Below, piece after piece: positions 12,471 through 23,780 of a DNA stretch of 64,000 nucleotides (the first letter of the stretch is position 1; every line of letters starts with the position of its first letter). Source of the stretch: Takakia lepidozioides (taxonomy: Eukaryota; Plantae; Bryophyta). A program made the position numbers and the translations under genes. The notes under the pieces were generated by a model. The model saw only the letters and a list, made by a program, of their open reading frames with translations. It was not told where the DNA came from and made no database searches. Where the stretch lies: assembly GCA_030704615.1 (NCBI GenBank), contig CM060731.1:28830001-28894000 (forward strand), read 5' to 3'.

Positions 12471-13590
12471 GGGCTGTGGCCCAGTGGTAAGCCACTCATG
12501 GCCTGTGGTCTGGGGTTTAACCCTTAAGTGTCCGGGCCCATTTTCACGACATGCTGTGAAAAAAGGACCCTGGCCCACTAAATCTTTTTTATCTCCCAGA
12601 TTTCTAAATCCCTGCAAAAGTGACCGTTGAATTTACTGCCCATCTACCCAAACTATGACCTCAAAAAATTGCAGCCGTATCCACTTGCCAGATTAGAAGA
12701 TTATAATATGCAGATGTGCCCCAAAAAGAATCCTTCCTAAAAATGAAGAGCATAAAAACCAAGAAATTTACCAAATTTGGGCAATGTTTCCCTTGCATGA
12801 TATGAGAGTCTTGGGAATTGTGTAACCTCACTCGATGCCACACCTTCCCTGAAATTTTCGTTTTTTTCCGACTTGTTTTCGTGTGGGCTGCTTTGTAATC
12901 ACAAATTGGGGGGTCTCAAAACCCAATTTGAAGCGGGTAGACCAAAATTTGAGCTTCAAAACTTACATAGGACACATCTACAGTCCAATTCTCAATCGTT
13001 GTGGTCCATGTCATCATTGTATGCAAATGTTGTTGTAGAAATCAATCTAATTGGGAAATGTTTTAGGCTATTTTCGGGCACTGCCCGGTAATTCCCAGCC
13101 CAACCTATATTTTGGCCTGCAGCCCTACCATATTTCCTACTCTAGCCCTTGTACCTAGCGGGTTTTGAGACTGTTTCACCGCTCATGTGGTGAAACATGT
13201 GGCTGCTACACATTCATGGGGCATTGGGATGTGTGTGGTCCCCCAATTCTTAGGGTGGAAACCCTTTCAGTAACCTGACCGTGGTTGCCATGTAAGCAGC
13301 TCGGGCAAGATGATTCAGCAAAAATATGTCAAAAAAGCCGAGTTAGCCCGGGGGTCTTACTCCATGTATATATTTATTTTTTGAAGATTGGCCAATGCCA
13401 TTGTGTGTAAGAGTTTTTATCCTACCTAATGAGCCTAATTTGACTCAAATCAGAGTTAGCCCCAGTAAGAACTGGATGGTTGAAGAAACCTAACCAACTC
13501 AAAACAGGTCGGTTTGACACTTAAGGGTTAAACTCCCATTTCTCTTCCTCGGGACTGAGGCTCTGCCCATGTAATGCCTCCATGGCTCAG
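12471..13590 (+). mobile_element. tRNA-derived SINE split by the piggyBac-like insertion (head 12471-12520, body about 13532-13590)
   Basis: A box TGGCCCAGTGG; B-box-like GGTTTAAACTCC is restored when the insert is removed; body CCCATGTAATGCCTCCATGGC resembles CCCATGTAGACGCCTTCATGGC of the 28348-28546 copy. Confidence 0.6.
12521..13527. mobile_element. piggyBac-like non-autonomous element, 1007 bp
   Basis: TTAA (12517-12520), perfect 12-bp TIR CCCTTAAGTGTC ... GACACTTAAGGG, TTAA (13528-13531); no convincing ORF inside. Confidence 0.8.
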
Positions 13591-13633
13591 AAGGGGGTTT
13601 ATTGGTTCCTCTTTATTGGCTCCTCTTTATTCT

Positions 13634-14090
13634 AAAGAGGAGACTACACATCACTATCAAAATTCGCTAAGCCCCTGTTGTGCCTTCCCCAAGGCTCACC
13701 TGGTCTCCTCCAGGTAGCACCTCCCTCAAATAACATCTCTCTTATTGAACAATTTATGAAGAATAATTTGATGATTTTCTCGAGTTTATTATGGATGAAA
13801 GTAGACTTGACACTATTCGCAAAGAGGAGCCACACGCGACTAGCCGCTTGTTCCAAAGAGGAGACTACGCATCAGTGTCAAAAATCGCTAAGCCATGTTG
13901 TGCCTTCCCCAGGTTTTACCTCATCTCCTTTGATGGAAACTAGGGGGGCCTCTAGGTAACACCTCCCTTAGGTAACATCTCTTATTAAATAATTTATGGA
14001 TAATAAATGGATGAGTTCTCAAGTTTATTTTGGATGAAAGTAGATTTCACTATTCACAATGAGGAGCCATATGCGATTAGCCGCTTGCTC
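13634..14090. repeat. Diverged tandem duplication of about 220 bp
   Basis: AAAGAGGAGACTAC(A/G)CATCA..TCGCTAAGCC..TGTTGTGCCTTCCCCA..TGGATGAAAGTAGA..CACTATTC occurs from 13634 and again from 13855. Confidence 0.8.
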
Positions 14091-14129
14091 TCCGCCTCAA
14101 GGCCCAGTTCTGGGGCTGTGGAAGCAAGG

Positions 14130-14325
14130 AAAGAAAAACAACACACGAGGGAGCGGCCGCTCACAAATCAGGCCCCATATTTTACTGTGAGAGGAGAAAA
14201 TAATCTCTTGGCACCTATACCACACCCAACAAGGTAGCCCTGTTGACCTTTGTGACCAATGAGTGGATTGAACCCACAACCACTTCTGAGGTAGTATGTT
14301 CCAATTACCACTCAACTACAACTTA
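14130..14325 (-). mobile_element. tRNA-derived SINE copy
   Basis: Minus strand reads A box TAGTTGAGTGG, B box GGTTCAATCC and family tail TCTCCTCTCACAGT..GGGGCCTGATTTGTGAGC. Confidence 0.65.
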
Positions 14326-14458
14326 GTTAGTACATTTATATGGTGTTGAGTAGTGTTTAAACTCTTTAGAAAAGTATATACACTTTTAAACGGGGACGAT
14401 TCCGACTCCAGATTTCCATGGCAGTTATTTGGATTTTGCCCTTCATAATTCCTTCATA

Positions 14459-17400
14459 GGGTACTAGGCCCAGTCATTGCGCATGACCCTTCACTGCGCA
14501 GGTGAGGTGGCACCTTAATATGCGCATCTGGCTATATCACTACGCACTTTTGGACCAAACCCATATTGCTGGAAGATTCTACTACATTGACCAATAGAAT
14601 AGTTTGTTTCTCCGAGTTGTATATTTTCACATTGACGTGTACTAAAAAACTGCAGAGTTATATCATATTCAGATTACACTAAGATCACAGCTCATGACAA
14701 CTGAACTTGATTAAGAGCATTTGAAGCTTGCAGCCAGAATAAAGACAAGGATGATTATGGGCATAAAGAAAGAAAAGCCATATGGCCAGGAGCGATCAGG
14801 CCCAAGACACGTATCAGGGTAATATAAAGACTAGCGCTGATTCTGAAGATCAGAAAGCACAACAAGCTGTGAGTGTGGGCATATCACTTCTTTTTGCAGA
14901 TAATCATTAGTCGCACTTGTTTGATCTGTGTAGGGAAGGTAGACTCTTACAATCCTAGATCACATTGCAAGTGTAAACTAGTAACTTATGGCTATCTCTC
15001 CCTGCAAGATGTTGTTAGAGCACAAGCTTTAAGGTGTCGTTGTGAACAGAAGCGCATATTACCTGCTTGGATGTGTAGCAACAACTTGAAAGAGAAAAAT
15101 TCAGAATAGATTATATAGCTCTATTATACTGTAGGGACAGAGAGAAATTAGAATGGATGCAGCAAAACGTAGGAGGGTATTAGCTCGACAACCAACCAGT
15201 CCATAACCTGACCAAAATTATGGAAAAGCAAGCTCTCCAAATCAGATCTGTGCACTAGAAAGAATCCAACGACGTCAGAGATTACGATCACAATCGGCCA
15301 GAAAAAATACAGATCAGCTTGCAACCTCGGGCACTAATGCTGGCAACACTAACTCTACGACAAGATCATTTCGACGTCCTATTCAAAATGCTAAAAGAGG
15401 ATGTTGGACAGAAGCAACAATGTCAAGTGCAATTACAGACATTGAGAATGGGTTCATGAGCATTAGAAAGGTAGGCCGATTGTACGAGATACCTGAATCA
15501 AGTATTAGAGCGTGGATGGAAGGAAAATTCCATACCAAAAAATCGGGTGCAGCAACTGTTCTCACAAGTGAAGAGGAAAGTGCACTTGTCAAGTGGATTT
15601 TGGAGATGCAAAGGAGAGCACATGGAATCACAATCCCAATTCTTCGTAGCAAAGTTGCTGAGATAGTCATGGACAGAGACACCCCTTTCAAGGATGGTGT
15701 TCCAGGACGACACTGGTGGGAGATTTTTCTCAAACGACATCCAGAAGTTTCAGTTCGAAAATTTGATGCCATCAACAAAGAAAGAGCTGCTACTATGCAA
15801 CGTGTTGTGGTCGAAAGCTTCTATCGAGACCTTTCTGTATGTATGCAAAACATAACTACCCACCTTCGAATATTTGGAACGCTAATGAAACATGTTGTGA
15901 GGCTGGAAGGAGTTGTAGATCCAAGGTCTTGGCACGAAGGGGATCTAACAATGTTTACAATACTGTGCCCACCAATCGAGAACATATTAGTGTTTTGGTG
16001 TGCGTGAACGCAGCAGGTCGATCAATTCCAAACCTCTATTTATTCAAAGAGGTACGAGCAAATGTTGAATACATTGAACACTGTGAAGATGGTGCCCAAA
16101 TGGCTATGGCCAAAAAAGCATTCATGACAACTGACGTTTTTCTTTACTGGCTCTTTCATTTCAAACGGAATATTCCTGGAGGTGTTAACTAAGGAAATCG
16201 TCATTTGCTTTTAGTGGATGGACATGGATCGCACGTTGCATTGGACGTAGCCGAGAAGGCAGCAGAGATGGGATGAAAAATTTTGTTACTACCTCCACAC
16301 ACTTCACATAAACTTCAGCCACTGGATGTAAGCGTTTTTGGTCCATTCAAGTCTTATTTTAGCAAAGAATAAAACAGCTACGTAACAAACAAGAGAAATG
16401 ATGATGTACGAAAAAATGTACTTGCAGGGCTGGTTGCTAAAGCTATGAATCAAGCTTTATCACTTGAAAACGTGAAATCAGGTTTCAGACGAACTAGAAT
16501 TTGGCCTTTTGATGCTAGCAGACAAGAGCAAAAGTATAGTGTGGTGGAGATGTTTGGTTCTACAGAGATGCAGGACAATCCGACAGATGAGGAGCAACAT
16601 CATGAGAATGACATGGAAGAACGGGTAAATTTTCTTTCTCTATGTAACACTATAGTTTTCAAATTATATAGATGGTGTGGATAAAACCCTAGAGAAACTA
16701 TATATTGAAGTCTAACTATTTGCTCCACTCTTCACAGATAATTGATGTTGGAGATGCACAAGAGCACGACAATTTAGATGCATGAGCTGAAGGTGTTAAT
16801 GTATGAATGGCTGAACTACCATTAGCCTTACGCAACGATGATATGGATTGTGATGTTGCTATGGAGGCGTCATATCCCTACTATCCAATGTTGCCACCAG
16901 ATATTTTTGGCAACGTGAATCATGAAAATGTTATGGATGAGCCCTATAGTCCAACATTGCCACCAGAGATCTTCGGCAATCTGGATGGAAATGTTATGGA
17001 GGAGCAAGCTGAAATGTGCTTCCCACAAATCGAAGCAAATGAAACGCATGAGAATATCCATTTGCTTCATAACAGTGAGTTTAGTGCATTCCGTCCTTAC
17101 TGCATCAATAGAAATGGCTGAGACTTATTGCATGCTTCTGTCAACAGGAGTACTAGTAATATAAACAGAGAGTCGAATTGGGCACAACCGCCGGCCCTCA
17201 CAAATATGTGGCCACAAGGTTCTATCAATGAGGACCTAACTAATGGTACTATCGTTGAGCATCATGTGGAGATTGTAGATAGGTCTCTTTCTGCAATATT
17301 AAATCTCCCTAATGTTCAGCCGCCTAGAACAATCAGAAGGAGCAAGTTGATTACTATTTCAGAGTACATCGTTGAACTCAAAGCAACTTGAATGCTCGAT

Positions 17401-17708
17401 TGACTATTTCGAGGATGCATCTGTTTTAGTGCGCATGGATAGGGTCTTGCTGCGTAGAGATTGATTCCACGTGTAGGAGGCGATGCGCAGTGAACCGTCA
17501 AGTGCGCAGTATTAGTTCTAGAAAAACCCCCTTTCACACGTGCAGGAATATCTCCTATAGGCTTGCTTGTTTCCACGTTCACCAGCCATATTCTATTAAT
17601 ACATCTCATGACGATTCCAACCATATAAATATTAAAAATTTCAGTAATTAATTAAGAGTAAAATAAAATAATTTTGCCTTAGGTGCGTAGGGATTCGGCC
17701 TATTACCC
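14459..17708 (+). mobile_element. Decayed pogo/Fot-like DNA transposon, about 3.25 kb
   Basis: Imperfect 25-bp TIR GGGTACTAGGCCCAGTCATTGCGCA versus GGGTAATAGGCCGAATCCCTACGCA (19/25); TA on both sides (14457-14458, 17709-17710); encloses the transposase pseudogene. Confidence 0.75.
15390..16624 (+). pseudogene. pogo/Fot-like transposase (HTH_psq + CENP-B-type HTH + DDE_1), disrupted
   Basis: WTEATMSSAI..SIRKVGRLYEIPESSIR (psq-type HTH), VLTSEEESALVKWI..PGRHWWEIFLKRHP (CENP-B HTH), WNANET, LLLVDGHGSH and [14 protein letters not shown]. Frameshift near 15838; stops at about 16190, 16273 and 16370. Confidence 0.9.
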
Positions 17709-17849
17709 TACAAGTCCTGTAGCCGCACTGATCCATTTCTCAGGTCAACTTCTGGCGGTTCTTTTGCCAGAAAACAAAACATTGGAAGAAAGTTTCTTTT
17801 GTTTGTTAATCGAAAGGGAAATAGTTATTTATGGATAATTTCAATTGCA

Positions 17850-18300
17850 AGAAAATCTTGGACTCTTGTGGCAGCTCTCCTTAGGTGTGGCAAATCTCGG
17901 AGAGCCTAGCTCCTCGATGCCTTTGATAATTCATGGGGAAAGAATGGTATTTTCTCCAGAAGGATTTCAGAATCCAGAATTGTGTGGTATGAAGAACTTT
18001 CGGCCTACTGGGAATGCGGTCACCACAGGTCAACCTCCTCTACAACATAAATATAAGGATGTCAACTGGAGGCACAAGCCTCGTAGTTTACGAAAGGGAA
18101 AGCTTAAAATTCATCTTACTTTTGAAGCTCCCAAAAGGAAGAGGGGAAGCAGGTCTAGAAGTAGATGTAGGGCTGTGCCCCATTCTGCTTGTTTTTTCCT
18201 TACATGCCTGATACTGCTTAGGTTGTGTAGCTTGTGGTGAACTTGTAAAATATGGTTCCTCTGTCTCTATGGTAGCTCAGCACCCTTATTAGGCTACCTT
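17850..18300 (+). mobile_element. Degraded 3' end of an L1-like LINE, same family as 33620-34890
   Basis: Encodes VNWRHKPRSLRKGKLKIHLTFEAPKRKRGS, matching VNWRHKRSLRKGKSKARLSFEAPKRKRGN at about 34430-34521. Confidence 0.7.
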
Positions 18301-19269
18301 GCTTGTTTTAATTAGTGGCAGCTCTTTTAGGCCGTCGTTTGTTGCGGCCCTTTGCCTTGAGGGCAGGGGGGGTCGGGACACAAGAGGGGCTGCCCCTGTA
18401 GTGGGGGCAGCGGCAACAATAGGTACATGGGCTGAAGCACCCTTGAGTGCCCAAAGCACTCAAGGAGATGGAGGCGCTCATTAGGTGGAGGCCCGCACAC
18501 CGGGTTGCGGTGGGGGTGGTTCCACGAGGGGTTGTGGTAGCTTGTAGGTCTTAGTGGGGGTGACATAGGACTCACCATGGGGCGGAGACCTTGTGGTGGG
18601 AATTGTGGGGAGTCTTGGGACTCATCACGGTCCAATGGGGCCATGGTAGGTGGGCCAAGACTCACCGCAACTCATCACCGGGAGTCAAGGGTCACTAGAA
18701 GAGAAACCGGCTTTTTCCACACTTTTGATGTGGAATCAGCCGCAGTCCACACCTGCCATGGGTGTAAGGAACGACTAGTGCTTTCGGACACCCCGTGGAC
18801 GGCCTGGCTCTCGGGTGGCCCTGTGGAAAAGTCCACGGATGGTTTTTTCCACGGGAGGCTTTTTCCATGGGTGAGTTTTTTTCACGGGGTGCATGGTGAC
18901 ATGGCCGATGGCATAACTGACATGGCACAGTGTGAAAAAAGGCCAGTGTGGCATGTTTCACGGCGGATTTCACATCTTGAACAAGCCACTATGCGACACG
19001 TGTCATATTTCACACCTTCGACAAGTCACTATGCAACACGTGTTCGTTCCTGTGTGGTGGTACACATTAATTAATTATTATTTGCTTTCCAATATTAAGT
19101 TTGAATATTAATGGATTTAATTTTTTATTATTATTATTATAGGAAAAATGGACAGTGGCCTGGATGAGAACATTATTAAATAACAAAAATATTAAAATTA
19201 GAATTTTAGAAATTATATTTATTCGCTCAGATACCAAAACACACCCTTTGCAGGGAAGGAGAGTTTGCC

Positions 19270-19872
19270 TTAGTATCTATGCTGAGTTGCATCTCCTACT
19301 CTCTGTAATCTAATAGATATTCACCTTTTTCTCTCGGTTGTCCCACCCTTGACTGCGGTCAGAAAAGCATTCATTCCACACCTTCTCCTCATCTCTGTTA
19401 CATGTTTCTGGATACTTTCGTATTGTCACTTTGGTAGTATCATGTCAAAATCACTCCAAACTATGTACCATCTACCCAGGCAGGTTTCTTGTAGCTAACC
19501 CTCCACAGGGAATCATAAGTAATCTGGAGCTTGAAATCTGGCCCTCTTGGATGACACTCTATCCCTGCTCCTTCAGCTATCCATGCATCTGCACAGATCA
19601 TGCATACATCCTTGCATTGCTGTTAGCAGCTGACAATGACAGCCTAGATTTGTTCCAGCAAACACCCAACTAATCTCATCACACCGGTTTCTATTCTCAA
19701 TTGCATCTACCACTCTGTAATCCAAAGGCATTTACCTTCCAAGATAGTTGTCCCAACATTGACTGGGGTCATAAAAGTATTTATTCCACAGCTTTTCCTC
19801 TCTGTTACATATTTCAGGATACTTTCCTATTGTCACTTTGGCAGTGTCATGTCAAAGTCACTCCAAACTATC
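19270..19872. repeat. Diverged duplication with about 408-bp offset inside the CACTA element
   Basis: GATACTTTC(G/C)TATTGTCACTTTGG(T/C)AGT(A/G)TCATGTCAAA(A/G)TCACTCCAAACTAT at 19411 and 19819, with similar upstream sequence. Confidence 0.75.
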
Positions 19873-20079
19873 AAAGGTTCGCTCAACCAGCTAACTTGCA
19901 GAATTCTTAAAACATGAAAATTTAGGGTGATTCTGATAAGAGGGGAAAACAGAGTGAAATGGGTTGAAGAAGGTACCTTGATTAGCATTGCCTGATTTTA
20001 TCAATTGTGCCGCTGCTGCTGCGGCTTCCAGTTGACCATCTACCCATGCAGGTTTCTTTGAGCTATTTTTCCACGGGGA

Positions 20080-20600
20080 ATCACCCCTTCCCGCATCATT
20101 GCTCATAGGTCTCCAAAGCCTCCATCCGCGCCCTTGCTGTGCATATCCTGCAATCATCGCACTCCACGACACCACATCTCGTTCAGCCATACTGTCAAAC
20201 ACTTCCTTTGCATCCTCGATGCACCCACATTTGGCATACATGTAGTCCACCAGGGCAGTGTTCAGAATGACATTGGGTACAATTTCAGATTTGACGATGT
20301 CACCATGGACCTCTTTGCCCTTTTCCAGAGCTCCCAGCTTGCACATGCATTACAAACAAATGTGATGTGGTTGGGCTTCACCCCTTCGCGCAACAGTTGC
20401 TCATAGGTCTCCAAAGCATTCCTACCACACCCATGTTAAATCCTGCCAACATTATATTCAACGTGATCAAAGTTCGTTGAGGCATTCCGTTGAACACTCG
20501 GTGTGCATTCATGATGCTCCTGCACTTAACATACATGTTCACAAGGGGGTCGAGGAGAAAAACACTTGGTGCGAATCCACTTTGGATAATGTGACTGAAA
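20080..20600 (-). pseudogene. Diverged PLS-type PPR fragments
   Basis: LGALEKGKEVHGDIVKSEIVPNVILNTALVDYMYAKCGCIEDAKEVFDSMAERDVVSWSAMIAGYAQQG with frameshifts on both sides. Confidence 0.8.
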
Positions 20601-20754
20601 TGCTCCTTGGTTTAAAGGGTAGAGCCTCTTTCAGTCTGCCTGCCTCACAAAGCATCTTCATATGCCCAGAAGAGCAAGAAGAGGCATTATGGACTCCTTC
20701 TCTTGATCCTCTTTTAGAAGCTGTGGTATGATTGAGGTGCCTGATTTAAATCAG

Positions 20755-23700
20755 GGTTGCCAGGCCTGCAATGCACACAAATATGATGTGGTCGGGCTGA
20801 ACCCCTTCCCCCATCATTTGCTCATAGGTCTCCAAAGCCTCCATCCCACGTTCCTGTTGTGCATACCCTGCAAGCATCGCACTCCATGACACCACATCTC
20901 GTTCAGCCATAGTGTTGAACACTCCCTTTGCATCCCCGATGCACCCACATTTTGTATACATGTCCACTAGGGTATTGTTCAAAATGACATTTGGTACAAT
21001 TCCAGCTCTGAAGGTGTCACCATGGACCTCCTTCCCCTTTTCCAGAGCTGCCAGGGCAGTGTTTCGAATGACATTAGGTACAATTCCCGCTTTGATGATA
21101 TCCCCATGCACCTCTTTGCCCTTCTCCAGGGCTGCGAGGCCTGCAATGCATACAAACATGATGTGGCCGGGCTGAACCCCTTCCCCCATCATTTGCTCAT
21201 AGGTCTCCAAAGCCTCCATCCCACGTCCCTCCTGTGCATACCCTGCAAGCATCGCACTCCACGACACCACATCTCGTTCAGCCATAGTGTTGAACACTCC
21301 CTTTGCATCCCCGATGCACCCACATTTTGCATACATGTCCACTAGGGTATTGTTCAGAATGACATTTGGTACAATTCCAGCTCTGAAGATGTCACCACGG
21401 ACCTCCTTCCCCTTTTCCAGAGCTGCCAGGGCAGTGTTTAGAATGACATTAGGTACAATTCCCGCTTTGATGATATCCCCATGCACCTCTTTACCCTTCT
21501 CCAGGGCTGCCAGGCCTACAATGCATACAAACATGATGTGGCTGGGCTGGACCTCTTCCCCCATCATTTGCTCATAGGTCTCCAAAGCCTCCATCCCACG
21601 TCCCTGTTGTGCATACCCTACAAGCATCGCACTCCACGACACCACATCTCGTTCAGCCATAGTGTTGAACACTCCCTTTGCATCCTCGATGCACCCACAT
21701 TTTGCCTACATGTCCACTAGGGTATTGTTCAAAATGACATTTGGTACAATTCCAGCTTTGAAGGTGTCACCACGGACCTCCTTCCGTTTTTCCAGAGTTG
21801 CCAGGGGAGTGTTTCGAATGACATTAGGTACAATTCCATCTTTGATGATATCCCCATGCACCTCTTTGCCCTTCTTTAGGGCTGCCAGGCCTGCAATGCA
21901 TACAAACATAATGTGGCCGGGCTGGACCCCTTCCCCCATCATTTGCTCATAGGTCTCCAAAGCCTCCATCCCACGTCTCTGCTATGCATACCCTGCAAGC
22001 ATCGCACTCCACGACACCACATCTCGTTCAGCCATAGTGTTGAACACTCCCTTTGCATCCCCGATGCACCCACATTTTGCATACATGTCCACTAGGGTAT
22101 TGTTCAGAATGACATTTGGTACAATTCCAGCTCTGAAGATGTCACCACGGACCTCCTGCCCCTTTTCCAGAGCTGCCAGGGCAGTGTTTAGAATGACATT
22201 AGGTACAATTCCCGCTTTGATGATATCCCCATGCACCTCTTTACCCTTCTCCAGGGCTGCCAGGCCTACAATGCATACAAACATGATGTGGCTGGGCTGG
22301 ACCTCTTCCCCCATCATTTGCTCATAGGTCTCCAAAGCCTCCATCCCACGTCCCTGTTGTGCATACCCTGCAAGCATCGCACTCCACGACACCACATCTC
22401 GTTCAGCCATAGTGTTGAACACTCCCTTTGCATCCTCGATGCACCCACATTTTGCCTACATGTCCACTAGGGTATTGTTCAAAATGACATTTGGTACAAT
22501 TCCAGCTTTGAAGGTGTCACCACGGACCTCCTTCCGTTTTTCCAGAGTTGCCAGGGGAGTGTTTCGAATGACATTAGGTACAATTCCAGCTTTGATGATA
22601 TCCCCATGCACCTCTTTGCCCTTCTTTAGGGCTGCCAGGCCTGCAATGCATACAAACATAATGTGGCCGGGCTGGACCCCTTCCCCCATCATTTGCTCAT
22701 AGGTCTCCAAAGCCTCCATCCCACGTCTCTGCTATGCATACCCTGCAAGCATCGCACTCCACGACACCACATCTCGTTCAACCATAGTGTTGAACACTCC
22801 CTTTGCATCCCCGATGCACCCACATTTTGCATACATGTCCACTAGGGTATTGTTCAAAATGACATTTGGTACAATTCCAGCTCTGAAGATGTCACCACGA
22901 ACCTCTTTCCCCTTTTCCAGAGCTGCCAGGGCAGTGTTTCGAATGACATTAGGTACAATTCCAGCTTTGATGATATCCCCATGCACCTCTTTACCCTTCT
23001 CCAGGGCTGCCAGGTCTACAATGCATACAAACATGATGTGACTGGGCTGGACCCCTTCCCCCATCATTTGCTCATAGGTCTCCAAAGCCTCCATCCCACA
23101 TCCCTGTTGTGCATACCCTGCAAGCATCGCACTCCACGACACCACATCTCATTCAGCCATAGTGTTGAACACTCCCTTTGCATCCTCGATGCACCCACAT
23201 TTTGCGTACATGTCCACCAGGGTATTGTTCAAAATGACATTTGGTAAAATTCCAGCTCTGAAGGTGTCACCATAGAGCTGCTAGGGCAGTGTTTCGAATG
23301 ACATTAGGTACAATTCCCACTTTGATGATATCCCCATGCACCTCTTTGCCTTTCTCCAGGGCTGCCAGGCCTGCAATGCATACAAACATAATGTGGCCGG
23401 GCTGGACCCCTTCCCCCATCATTTGCTCATAGGTCTCCAAAGCCTCCATCCCACGTCCCTGTTGTGCATACCCTGCAAGCATCGCACTCCACGACACCAC
23501 ATCTCGTTCAGCCATAGTGTTAAACACTCCCTTTGCATCCCCGATGCACCCACATTTTGCATACATGTCCACTAGGGTATTGTTCAGAATGACATTTGGT
23601 ACAATTCCAGCTCTGAAGATATCACCACGGACCTCCTTCCCCTTTTCCAGAGCTGCCAGGGCAGTGTTTAGAATGACATTAGGTACAATTCTAGCTTTGA

Positions 23701-23780
23701 TGATATCCCCATGGACCTCTTTGCCCTTCTCAAGGGTTGCCAGGCTTGCACAAGCATTGCAATGCACACAAACATGATGT
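20755..23780 (-). pseudogene. Tandem array of about 8 x 375-bp (125-aa) PLS-type PPR units, disrupted
   Basis: Unit landmarks at about 20912, 21287, 21662, 22037, 22412, 22787, 23162 and 23517. Each unit is P (VVSWSAMLAGYAQQGRGMEALETYEQM..QP) + altered L + S (NTLVDMYAKCGCIGDAKGVFNTMAERD). TAG stops at 21706, 21982, 22456 and 22732; 20-bp deletion near 23272. Confidence 0.93.

Noticed and set aside
21706-22734. TAG stops rescued by U-to-C editing
   Set aside because: Such editing is organellar and this locus is nuclear; two of the four stops replace Tyr codons, which U-to-C editing could not restore.
20912-23777. Repeated plus-strand ORFs (MLNTPFASPMHPHF..., MHLFTLLQGC...)
   Set aside because: Antisense shadows of the minus-strand PPR repeats.
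20755-23780. CRISPR-like or TALE-like array
   Set aside because: No repeat-spacer structure; units are 375-bp PPR coding repeats.
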